Shown here: positions 51,001 to 63,119 of the stretch, in pieces | Position numbering within the stretch: the first letter of the stretch is position 1 | How the letters are laid out: each line of letters opens with the position of its first letter | Assembly: GCF_964355755.1 (NCBI RefSeq) | Contig: NC_092670.1 | Span: forward strand, 10,774,795-10,838,794 | Reading direction: 5' to 3' | DNA length: 64,000 bases | Origin: Antedon mediterranea | Lineage: Eukaryota > Animalia > Echinodermata | Notes under the pieces: generated by a model | The model's database searches: none | The model's input: only the letters and a program-made list of their open reading frames with translations | Told to the model about the DNA's origin: nothing | Translations under genes and position numbers: made by a program

Positions 51001-54000
51001 CCTACTACATTAATCATACACATACTGTTGCATTGACTGCCTCATAAATGCCTACTACATTAATCATACACATACTGTTGCATTGACTGCCTCATAAATG
51101 CCTACTACATTAATCATACACATACTGTTGCATTGACTGCCTCATAAATGCCTACTACATTAATCATACACATACTGTTGCATTGACTGCCTCATAAATG
51201 CCTACTACATTAATCATACACATACTGTTGCATTGACTGCCTCATAAATGCCTACTACATTAATCATACACATACTGTTGCATTGACTGCCTCATAATTG
51301 CCTACTACATTAATCATACACATACTGTTGCATTGACTGCCTCATAAATGCCTACTACATTAATCATACACATACTGTTGCATTGACTGTCTCATAAATG
51401 CATACTACATTAATCATACACATACTGTTGCATTGACTGCCTCATAAATGCCTACTACATTAATCATACACATACTGTTGCATTGACTGCCTCATAATTG
51501 CCTACTACATTAATCATACACATACTGTTGCATTGACTGCCTCATAAATGCCTACTACATTAATCATACACATACTGTTGCATTGATTGCCTCATAATTG
51601 CCTACTACATTAATCATACACATACTGTTTCATTGACTGCCTCATGATTGCCTACTACATTAATCATACACATACTGTTGCATTGACTGCCTCATAATTG
51701 CCTACTACATTAATCATACACATGCTGTTGCATTGACTGCCTCATAATTGCCTACTACATTAATCATACACATACTGTTGCATTGACTGCCTCATAATTG
51801 CCTACTACATTAATCATACACATACTGTTTCATTGACTGCCTCATAAATGCCTACTACATTAATCATACACATACTGTTGCATTGACTGCCTCATAAATG
51901 CCTACTACATTAATCATACACATACTGTTTCATTGACTGCCTCATAAATGCCTACTACATTAATCATACACATACTGTTGCATTGACTGCCTCATAAATG
52001 TCTACTACATTAATCATACACATACTGTTGCATTGACTGCCTCATAAATGCCTACTACATTAATCATACACATACTGTTGCATTGACTGCCTCATAAATG
52101 CCTACTACATTAATCATACACATACTGTTGCATTGACTGCCTCATAAATGCCTATTACATTAATCATACACATAATGTGGCATTGACTGCCTCATAATTG
52201 CCTACTACATTAATCATACACATACTGTTGCATTGACTGCCTCATAATTGCCTACAACATTAATCATACACATACTGTTGCATTGACTGCCTCATAAATG
52301 CCTACTACATTAATCATACACATACTGTTGCATTGACTGCCTCATAAATGTCTACTACATTAAAACAAACTAAAATCAGTAAATTCAGTGACTGCAGTAA
52401 ATGCAGTATAATAATTTTAACATGATCTATTGATAAGATAAGTTGTTGTACTGTGAGTGCATTTGCACATTTAAATATAGTTAGATTCGTTTCAGGCCTG
52501 TAAGAAGGAATTGCGAATTGGGAGGGCCATACCAAAAATGTACTTAGACAGTTTACAGAGTACTTTGCATTCAAGGTGATCACCTTTGGGCTTTACATTA
52601 TATTTGAGATGCGACATCAATTGATAATCAAAAAGTATCAAATGATTATTATTTGTTGTTTAAACTTTTAAATATTGTGGTCTAATTATGACATAACTAG
52701 TGAAATTATGGGGCTATTTCACAAAGGCGTAGAATTATTTTTTCATGAGGTTCACGTCAATATCATTATTAGAATTGTTTTGTTCTATTTTTCAGATGTT
52801 TTTAGAAGCTTTTCTTTTAATGTTTGTCTAATTTCTTTAAGCTAAATTTGATGGAAAGACAGCCTCAAATTATGTTAGAACGCTGATGTGTCTTGTGACT
52901 TTAGCCCTGACTTTAGATCCTGACGCCACCGCTGCTTAGGTACAGTACATGTCTCATGTTCTTTCCCAGCAGTCAATTTCCTTATCATTTAGCTGTGTTT
53001 AAGCAGTCGTAATTCTAACATTATTTTTATTATCCTTAAAATGTGATAAATGCAAAAGAAACCCTATATGTGTCCATAGATTATTTTCACTGCAAAGTAC
53101 TAAGGGTGTATAAGGCCTTAAAAAAGGTTAATTCTTTGTATACTTAATGTGTTTTTAAATGTAAATATAGATTGAATATACTAACCTGCAGTTCCATTGC
53201 ATCCACTGATTTTCAAAGTATAGTTAGAGTCCTCAGTACCAACACGAAAGTGAGAATATTTTGCGATCTTCATTTCATCCAAGTGGTCAGTCATCTCTAT
53301 TAGAAGCTCAAAACTGCCATCAAATGTTATACGGTTGATCTGTTCATTACCAAGCCAGAACTCCGAGTTCACATTTCCAAAACCATCCTTGTATTCTGCC
53401 CAACTACGGTAGAAATCGACCAATCCATCATCTCTTCTTTGTAATACCTGGTAATGACCATAGATAGTACTTAATGAATAAGATAGTATTGTACTTCACT
53501 TAATAAGATGTAGAGGTATAAACGGCAGGTTAGTGATCTGGTCGGTTGTAGGTTCGAGTCCAACCCAAGAATTACTTGTCGAAGTATTCTCAATGTAAAA
53601 GTAAAGTACAAATTATGTCATAGTAGGGCAAAACATCTGACCAATTACTTAACACCCTGACGCAAGGCTCCACAGTAGTTAAAAACAATTTTTAAATTAA
53701 AAAATAAAAGATATGATCATGATGCATGACAAATTTGTAATTATGCATGTGTTTGTGCACAATGCATGTTTCTAAGGTCACTTTGAAATGCAGGACCATC
53801 GCGCACAATGCGAGAAGGTTGTTTACGATGGAATAAATGAATAAAGATAAAACAATAATGACAAAACGTGAAATGATGAAAATACGAAAAAAGTATCTTA
53901 TTGTAAGAACTTGACCAATAATAAGATGATTAATTTAGTGTATTGTAATTTAAAATTTGATGTACATATTTTTTTTACAGTTAGGTGTTAGCTCGTAGTG

Positions 54001-54222
54001 TTTAACTGCGAATAGTAAGCTGCATCCTAGCTGTATTACATTACTGTACCCTCTCTAATATCTAAATTATTGTTTTTATACTTACCGTCCAACTGCCATC
54101 ATCCTTCATGTCACAGTAGACAGTAATCTCTCGTCCTCCATCTCCTGGCTGTATCACATATTGACCACTCACAGCAGAAGGATCATTTCGTAAAATGTCA
54201 CCACAGTCCCTCATAAAACACT
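48020..54222 (-). CDS. FReD paralog 3, exons 2-4 (exon 1 not in window)
   Basis: Exons 54222-54086, 53447-53186, 48285-48020; GT-AG, phases in 1 then 0,1; open frame CFMRDCGDIL..VLQRRDDGLVDFYRSW..FSTYDRDND..GAWWYNSCHHSNLNG..VKRAP*. Confidence 0.88.
49164..52363. repeat. 50-bp tandem repeat, ~64 copies, intron 3 of paralog 3
   Basis: Same unit as 27291-28255, with the same right-hand flank. Confidence 0.97.
53505..53690 (+). mobile_element. Probable tRNA-derived SINE in intron 2 of paralog 3
   Basis: Pol III B-box GGTTCGAGTCC at ~53551 with a degenerate upstream A-box; absent from the equivalent intron of paralog 2; no full cloverleaf. Confidence 0.45.
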
Positions 54223-54242
54223 CTAACATTACAATTTGTAAA

Positions 54243-55155
54243 GATTTCGATCCAAGTCGGCCCTAAACTGTCTCGGCCAAAGTCAAGTCGGCCCCAAGTC
54301 AAGTCGGCCCCAAGTCAACTCGCCCCAGGTCAACTCGGCCTCAAGTCAACTCGGCCTCAAGTCAACTCGGCCTCAAGTCAACTCGGCCTCACATCAACTC
54401 GGCCAAAAAATAATCGGTCAACTCGGCCCCGTTAAAGTATGGAACGCAAAAAGTGCAAAGGAAGGGGATTGATATTTCTTCACATTTTCGTGCGTCAAAA
54501 TTCAATAAACATGTCCGATATGCGAGGACATTTATTAGGTGTAATAAGATTGCTTGCATTGAGGTATAAAATAATGGTAACTCCATGGTTGAATCACGCG
54601 TAGATATTTTCAGTGTATGCATTTGATTAGGCGACAACATCTGAAACCAATTCGTAGCCTCCCTCTGCGCCTTTGGCAGCTATTTCAATATCTAAAACTG
54701 CTACGTGTTTTCGCTGACCGGGGGATTCCCCTTTTTTAAAAATGCAAATCATGAAAAAAAATAATATGTACGATCATTTTTTCTATGGCCAAATGGTGGA
54801 ACGTAGGCCTACGTCTTCGATTTACTAAAATGCGGTACCTGCTCGTGTTTTTGTAACACGCGGGTACTTCTATTCATATCGGCAATGAGATCATTTTTTT
54901 ATATGAGTATTTTTTTTATTTCTTCATTTTTTTTAAAGCGTGGATAGTAATTAATAATCATAATAATATTAAGCACTTTTTGCGTTCCATACTTTATTGT
55001 GACCGAGTTGACCGATTAGTTTTTGGCCGAGTTGACGTGAGGCCGAGTTGACTTGAGGCCGAGTTGACTTGAGGCCGAGTTGCCTTGAGGCCGACTTGAC
55101 GTGGGGCCGACTTGACTTTGGCCGAGACAGTTTGGGGCCGATTTGACCTGCACCC
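54243..55155. mobile_element. Foldback-type MITE with modular TIRs
   Basis: Inverted arms of ~200 bp built from 16-bp AAGTCAACTCGGCCTC units; flanked by the direct repeat TTTGTAAA (54235-54242, 55156-55163). Confidence 0.9.
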
Positions 55156-57117
55156 TTTGTAAATGATAAAAAAATATTATAAAGTATGAAAACATTCGGT
55201 TAATAGAAGACCTGCTTTATTATATAGATTGTAACGATAAAAACAAAAGTATGAAAACAATAGGAAGTTACAACATTGCATCCCACAACCTTACTATTTT
55301 GATTTTAAAATGTGGGAGGTCTAAAATTGGGTGAAGCTTTGAAAAATTGGCTTTTATTTTATTATTATTATTTATTAAAATAAAATACAAGATTGTGACA
55401 TTCTCTTTTGAGATATTGTCAGTCATTCCTGCACTCTCCTACACCTGGCATCACTGTACACAAACAAAGTGTGAAGACGCGATCATGGTAAGACGTGATC
55501 TATACAGCTCAACAAAAACAGCTTTTTAAACGCATTGTAATTCCTCCTTTTTCGCTGTATTTTACTTTGAAATCATCTTTTATACATCTCTGTTTTGACT
55601 GTGTGTTGAATATTAAGACTTGTTTTGCGAAGAAACTCTAATCTCTGTTTAAATGTGCATTACCCACGGGCATCAAAGCACAAATAGAGCCAACGTTAGG
55701 CTACATAATTTGCATAACATAATTTGCATATACAGCTACAGCAATGGCCGGGTCTAGCATTTTTTAGATTCTCACGCAGCAGAACTACAACGAACAGGAA
55801 TACATTAAGAAGTTTGTGAGTAACCTGCTTGACATATACCAGTATGACAAAACAGAAATACTGGAGTTTATTTTTCTTGTCCAAGTAGTGGCAGAATTCC
55901 AGACCACCTGATTCGACTACGAGAGACAGTACAATGAGATCTTCTGCTATGTTTTCCTGAATATGAAGGAAGGAGCTTTACATAAGAAGGAAGTTAGCCC
56001 TTCTCGCAGAGGACATACCATCGGTTATTCAATTATCAACAAGATTCCCGACTCCCGACTTAATAACGTTTTTAAACCCAGCGCATGTATGTTGAACGAC
56101 TCGGCTGCAAACTAATGTACAATTGGCAAACAACAATACCGAGGACTTAATCGAGGGTTTGCGCTATGTTAAAGAACCAAGTTTAACTCTTAACCAGAGC
56201 GATCTTAGAATAAAGACCAATGAGTGTCTACCCTCATTAGTTGCTATCGACAATATTCAATCCATTTTTCAAGCTGATACGTCTAATAACTTCATCAGCC
56301 CAAAAAGTCCATCAGTCATTATGGATTTAACAACTGAAACTTCCATTATGTCTACACCCGCAGAACTTTCTCCTAAATTGTTGTCTGGTGAGTTTGGCAA
56401 CCAGGCAACAGACGATTTGATATCCCAAGCAATACCTGTGGCCGTATTCACCAATCTCACGTAGGCTAAGGGAAATACTTACCCTTAACATTTTAGAATT
56501 CCCTTAACAAAGGGAAACACTTAAGGGGTATTCACAAATGAGTTAAGGGATTCACTTACCTAAGGAAAACACTTAATTTAAGGGTAAAACTTAAGGGTAA
56601 AAATAATCATAAATATTCATGAGTTGTCCCATTGTCCAATCACAGAGGATTTAATTGGACTCGCAATAGGTCTAGCCTAGATGCTACTAACAAACCAACA
56701 TTCTGTGCAGGCTTAAACCTGTCTGTATTGAGGAATATGCATCCTAGGCTGGTTACTTGGAAGACCAACAGGGGGCCTAGCATCTCTACCTAGCCTACTA
56801 GACTGGTTGATGATTTATATTACAACGAAATGAGAAGCCATCTTCCACGAAAATAATGGCAGTCAAAATAAAAACAAATAAATGAATATAGGCCTAGACT
56901 AATTTGTATGGTATTAGGATCAGCAAAAAAGGTGTAGATGCTACTCAAATCAAACCAAACATGAATCCCTAGGCTAGGCTGGTTACTGGGCACACCAACA
57001 GGGGGCCTAGCATCTCTACCTTTGACTGGGGCTGTCTACAAGTAGGCATAGTACTCGCACATACAGAATCGTCAGCACAACCAAGGTACTGAATAGTTAA
57101 GGGAACTTTTAAGGGAC

Positions 57118-60100
57118 CTCAAGTGTGGTCTGCGATTGTCTGCTAGCAAAACGGTGATTTGTCCACAAATTACAACCATTCTTGGGTGGACCTGGTCCCT
57201 AGGTTCTATTCGCGGAAATACTCATCGTATTTCAACGTTAAAGGCATGCACTCCACCACCGACGGTAAGAGGTTTACGCTCCTTTATCGGGGCATATAAG
57301 GTGTTAGCACGCGTTTTACCTCAGTGCGCATCTCTCATCACTCCACTGGAAGAAGCCATAGCCGGCTTACAGTCCAAAGAAACAATACATTGGTACGATG
57401 CCTTACATGAAGCATTTAAAGTAGCACAGAACGCACTTGACTCAAACAAGGTAATAGTTTTACCTCATCCCGATGACCAACTGTGGATCGTTACGGATGG
57501 TGCTGTTAAAAGTCATGGTCTAGGCGCAACCTTATACGTTACTCGTGAATCCAAACCACAGTTAGCCGGCTATTTTAGTGCCAAACTCCGTGCGCGTCAG
57601 GTCACATGGCTACCCTGCGAGATCGAAGCTTTGGCTATCGCGCGGCAGCCGTTAAACATTTTAGTCCTTTTATTATCCAGTCTCGACATAACACATGTGT
57701 CCTAACTGACAGTAAGCCATGCGTCCAAGCGCTTGAAAAGCTATGCAGGGGAGAATTCTCAGTCAGTCCCCGTGTGTCCACCTTCCTGTCCACCGCTAGC
57801 AGGTACCAGATTTCTATTCGGCACCTGGCAGGCTCAGCCAACGTCCCATCCGACTTTGCTAGTCGCAATGCTCCACCATGCTCAGTTGACAACTGTCAGG
57901 TTTGCTCATTTGTCAACGGCGCGATAGAGTCAACGGTAGGCTACTACGTTCATCGATACGTGATTTCATTACTGGAGACGCCAAACTCCCGTTCACCAGT
58001 CGGCCAGCTTGGCTAGCCATCCAATCCGAGTATCCAGACCTTCGGCGTGTAAAAGCTCATCTTATTCAAGAAACGCGTCCATCTAAAAAGTTAACCAATG
58101 TCAGGGACATTAAACGGTACCTTAACTGTTGTTCCATTGGAAGAGATGGTCTCCTTGTAGTCAACCGCACTGAACCACTCTCACTTAAGCATGAATGTAT
58201 CATTGTCCCTCGCCCCGTATTAAACGGACTGCTGACATCACTTCCGGCTAGATCACCCAACTAGTCACCAACTTAAGTTATCCGTTCGCCGCCACTTCTT
58301 TGCGCTTGACTTGGACAAAACCATCGAACAGGTGTCAGAATCGTGTCATCACTGTGCCTCGATCCGTACTGTACCCACCACTGCAATTGAGCAGTCCACT
58401 GATGATCCTCCGTCGAAGCTCGGAGTCACCTTTGCCGCCGATGTCCTAAAACGCGAGCGTCAACTTATTCTTGTTGTCAGAGAGACGGTGACGTCTTACA
58501 CCCTTTCGTGTTTAATCAGCGATGAGAAGCACGATACTCTCCGTGATACCTTGATTCGCTTATGCATTGGCATGTGCCCCGTGGAGGGCCCCCCAGCAAC
58601 CATCCGCACAGACCCTGCCCCGGGCGCGATTTTTTTTTTCGTACATAAGTTGGGGACCCCCTCATGAAACGTCACAAAATACACATGAATAATTCATCAG
58701 TTAAATTTTCTTGTTCCGTGTGCACCCAAGCGTATAGCAACAAGAAGCGATTACACGTCAAGAGCGGTACGATTCTAGGCCTAATCTCCGCTGTGGTTGT
58801 TGCCGCGTGGGATTTCATAAAAGAATAAGGACGTTTTGTGTGGATTGTCGAAATAATCAGCCTTTAGTTTATGGTGTTTTTAATATCATTTAGTACTAAA
58901 GAATTACGTGTTAAAATTATAGTTTCTATTAATACTATTAGGCCTAATTATTAGTCTCTAAACCCATGTCTATTCTAGTAGTAGCTATGTGGGTGTGTGT
59001 GACGTGTGTGTGTTATGTATGACACAGTCCGAGTAATAAGTCAGCAAAATTAAACAATAAACATTACACAAAAATACATTTTTTATTCTCGTGGGTCTAA
59101 TCTTCCCATCTCATGTGTTCATATACGGGCATTTTTAAAGTTCCTTTGAGTACATGCATATTGTTTGATAATAAAATAGCAGAATTAAAAAAATACAGTA
59201 CACAAATTATATACACATTCTTTATTCTTGTGGCTCTCAGCTTTCTTTGGGCTATGTCCAATGAATTACTACTTAGTTTAATCATGGAGGTATAAAAATA
59301 TACCTCCATGGTTTAATGTCTTGCCTAGCTGTCGATTAGCCTCGACTCGACACATTTTGTGTGAAGAAGAGTGCGCGAAGGCAATCACGTGAATTGACTT
59401 ATAATCCTAGGCCTACTGTAGAAAGTATCGTATCGCAGTTGTGTAATCACTTCTTGTTGCTATACGCTTGGGTGCACACGGAACAACAAATTTAACTGAT
59501 GAATTATTCATGTTTATTTTGTGACGTTTCATGAGGGGGTCCCCAACTTATGTACGAAAAAAAAAATCGCGCCCCGGGCTTCATGGCACTCGTCCACGAT
59601 CCCGTCTTACTGAAACATAGGATTTCGATCGAAATTGGCAGAGTTAAGAACATCAACAAAAACCCGGTTGGAGAGAAAGCTGTACGCGAATTGTCAGAAG
59701 AGTTACTTCGGCAAGAGCCTGGTGGTGGTCCCATCTCACCGACGGTGCTTGCTGTCGCCACATCTCGTCTTAACTCCCGTATCCGAACACGAGGATTGTC
59801 GTCTCGCAAAATGTGGACACAGCGAGATCAGTTCACTCATGACCAAATCCCTATTTCTGACCGCAAGTTGATTATCAGCCAACAGCACCTCAGAGCCTCT
59901 AATCACGCGCACAGCGAAAAGTCTAAGGCACCCGTCGCGTGTTCAGCACCTGACGTTTCTATTACGGTTGGTGATTTAGTCTACCTGTGGACAGATCGTC
60001 GCAAGACCTGTGCACGAGATCGCTATCTCGTTGTTTCTGTAGATGGAAAGTGGTGCAACGTCCGAAAGTTTACGCACTCACAATTGAGAAGCGCTACTTA

Positions 60101-60693
60101 TCGTGTAAAGAAATCAGAGTGTTTTACTTTACCGACTGACGTTCATCATTCTCCCACACCAACCTCACAACGCCACTGCGACACCTCTGATGAAGAACCT
60201 GATTTCACAGTTGATCCGTCTCCATTTCCTCCACCCGAGGTACCGTCAACTCTTTCTGCCTCTCCTGATGAGGTGAACGACAAGTCATCATCCATACAGA
60301 CCCCGGAAGAATCACCAATGGAAGTTCCAGTACAGTTGTCTCATCGCACATCCACACGTTCACGCAGATTTCCTAGACATCTCGCTGACTACGTTCTTGA
60401 TTTATAATATTTCATTCGTATTATATAGTTAAGTTTCGACCATTCAATTTAGATTTTGAGTGCTTTTGCTTGCTTTGCTTTGTTTTTGACTTTTGTGTTT
60501 TATGAGAAGAGAAAAAAAATGATTACGCCAGTCTAGCGCCCCCTATCTGGGTTGACTCATATATCATGGCCGCTGGTTGTTATGTTATTGTTGTGATATT
60601 TGGTTTTGACGAATAAAGATCTTATTCTACTTGAGTCTTACGTGTCCGGTCGTCTTTATTGTGGTGTGCCTTTTGCCTTACTGGCGCTTAATA
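57118..60693 (+). mobile_element. 5'-truncated Gypsy/Ty3 LTR retrotransposon (RT end, RNase H, integrase, PPT, 3' LTR)
   Basis: [70 protein letters not shown]; several frameshifts. PPT GAGAAGAGAAAAAAAA, then an LTR at 60520-~60693 (TGATTACGCCAGT...ACTGGCGCTTAATA, contains AATAAA). Confidence 0.9.
58626..59570. mobile_element. 945-bp long-TIR MITE in the Gypsy integrase
   Basis: TIRs of ~150 bp (GCGATTTTTTTTTTCGTACATAAGTTGGGGACCCC..); direct repeat GCCCCGGGC at 58617-58625 and 59571-59579; removal restores RTDPAPGFMAL. Confidence 0.92.
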
Positions 60694-61149
60694 TTTTCTT
60701 GATTTAAGGGAAATTCTTAGGATTTAAGGGAAATATCTCACTTAATGTGATTTTGGTGAATACGGCCACAGGCTCTGAACTTCCCAAATTTTCAACTCCA
60801 AATAAACCAAATGAGGAAGTTAAAACACCACGCTTATAGACCTACGAAAAGCCTCCATCGCTTTTTCATACGTTTAGTGGAGGACTTCATCAATCTACTT
60901 CGAATGCAGCGTTAAGAAAACATATACATGATATCGGTATCCGCAGCGTCACTGATATAATTTCGCTGAAAAATCGCAATCATCCTTGCCTCATTCTGTG
61001 TTGTGTTGGACAATGAATCTGATACTCTGATCATCTCATCACCTGAATCGTGGCCAGACAGAGTTCGCGTGAGGGACTTTACACATAGAAAGCCGAGGAA
61101 TAACTTACATTGCTTCAAACATCATCCTACCTGATGAGGTTGTGAAAAA

Positions 61150-62280
61150 GTTAAACACAATATTTAAAAAATTTATTTGGAATTAGATCGGAGCGAATAT
61201 GAATTAGGTGGATTAAAAGTGTTCCACCTTGGCAACTATTTAGAATTTATTAGTTTATCATGGATAATAAAATTGAGTTGTGTCTGTTGTGTCATCTGCA
61301 AAACAATTAATTTTTAGCTCGTTCCTGTCGTGTAAATTTTGAGGTAGTTTAATACACTTAATTTAGTCAGACTGTCTAATTTTGCAAGCAAGTGGTTCTA
61401 CACCTAGTACAAAAAGAAAGCAGAGATTGGACAGCCTTGTCTTACTCCTCTTTCGACATTAAAGAATTTAGACACATGTCCGTTATTGATTAAAATGAAT
61501 TATTTTTCCAAAGTTTAGTCTTTTGAGAACATCTATTAATATCGCCTATTAATCGAGTCAAATGCCTTTTTAAAATCAACGCATAGCATTCTCGAGTTTC
61601 TTGAGATATCTTCAATTAGTCTTATATTTTAGTGTATATTTCTTCCTTTAACAAAACCGCTTTGATAATAACTAATAATAGAATAACTTCTCGTTGCTAA
61701 GCATTTGGTTAGAATTTTATAGTCTATCTTTAAATGACTGCTAATAGGACGCCAATTATCTCGTGAGTGGCGGGGTAAATCTTTCCCTTTGTGTATAGCA
61801 TTTAAGAGATTGAGATTTTGTTAATTCACCAAATTTGTATGATCATTAAATGCATTCACTACTTGTTATCCTAACCCAGAATCTTTTATAAATTCAGATG
61901 AGAGCCCATCATACCCAGGGCTTTTATTATTTTCAATCATTTTTAGTGCATTTAAACATTCCTCATAGCTATACCTATATCTAGTTTCGGAAAAGTAATT
62001 CCATCTAGAAATGATTCTATATTTTCTGTAAGACTGTCGTTTTCAGATCTATATAGTTCATCAGAAAAGAAACTGACCTGCATGTTTAAAATGTCAGAGT
62101 TGTTTGTGATTTCTCTGTTGAATTTGTTTGAGTTTTTTTATACCTCTTATTTTTTCTAGATTAAAAAATATTTTGATGACCTTTCACCTTCTTCGCACCA
62201 CTTTTCACGAGATCTTATTTGAATGCCTCTAACTACGTGCTCGTAAAGCGTTTCATATTCCAATTTTACCTTGTTATATT
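61150..62280 (-). mobile_element. Decayed L1/Tx1-like LINE ORF2 fragment
   Basis: Minus-strand RGIQIRSREKWCEEGERSSK, KSPGYDGLSSEFYK, KAFDS, RGVRQGCPISA. Confidence 0.8.
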
Positions 62281-62392
62281 GACGTCAAAGGGACAATAAG
62301 TTTTGTATTTTTATTTTAACCGATTTTTGTTTGATTTACGCGAATCCGTGAATGTTTATACCAAATTCATTTTTAATTTCAATTTTTTTTTA

Positions 62393-62423
<31 letters not shown>

Positions 62424-62834
62424 TGAAAGTGATAAGGTTACACTTCAGAGTCAATGGTTTTGGCTAACTCAATTTTTGCTTATATGTATAATAATGTTTT
62501 TTTTCTTTTATATAACTTTAATTTTGCATGCCACTATTATAACCATTTTTATATTTTAAATAGATTAAAAAAAAAAAAAAGGAAACAGAGGGATGTAATG
62601 TAATGATATACATTTATAATTGAGAAATCAACCTTTGTATCAGAATTCAAATAAGTTCACAAACTTGGCCCAGAAAGTCCAGAGGAGAGTTTGTCCAGAT
62701 GTTTTAAAAGTCCATTTAGCTCATAATTAAATCCCAAAAGTAAACAGTTTATTTGACTTCTCTAACCGTTCCCATTGTAAAACAATTAGATACTGACAGT
62801 TTTAAGCAAAGATTCGACAGGGCCAATTTATCAT

Positions 62835-63119
62835 TGTAACCTCCCCAGATAAGATCAATCACTCCCACCTAAACACCCTGGATCAACTTAGAATATACCC
62901 CCAAGAGCCCAGACACACCTTACAGCCACTTCACGGAGCACACACCTCACAGCAACTTCCTCAGAAGCAGACCTACACACCTCACATCTCACCAACAGCA
63001 TCACCTAATCCTCTCTTCCTTATCCTTATACTTATAGTTGTATATTATATTGTATCAAGTATTATTGAATAAACAATATATGTGTTACTGCAGTCAAGCG
63101 AGTAAGAGTCTTCATTACA
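62835..63119 (+). mobile_element. Possible isolated LTR
   Basis: TGTAA...TTACA termini, 285 bp, internal AATAAA; no matching TSD seen. Confidence 0.4.

Larger units (their letters stand above)
56439..60768. mobile_element. Non-autonomous Harbinger-type element (second family) carrying a Gypsy fragment
   Basis: Perfect 16-bp TIR TGGCCGTATTCACCAA / TTGGTGAATACGGCCA flanked by CTG and CAG (CWG-type target); TTAAGGG subterminal motifs at both ends. Confidence 0.8.
56000..61100 (+). mobile_element. Decayed CR1-type LINE ORF1 remnant, split by the insertion at 56439-60768
   Basis: The frame of ORF 56123 (..SQAIP) continues as GSELPKFST..FSGGLHQST..LRKHI once the insert is removed. It is followed by SFCVVL..SPESWPDRVRVRDF, resembling the CR1 ORF1 C-terminal WP..V.VR.F motif. 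Confidence 0.6.

Noticed and set aside
53520-53575. tRNA gene
   Set aside because: Only a B-box/T-arm is recognisable, with no acceptor stem; treated as a SINE head.
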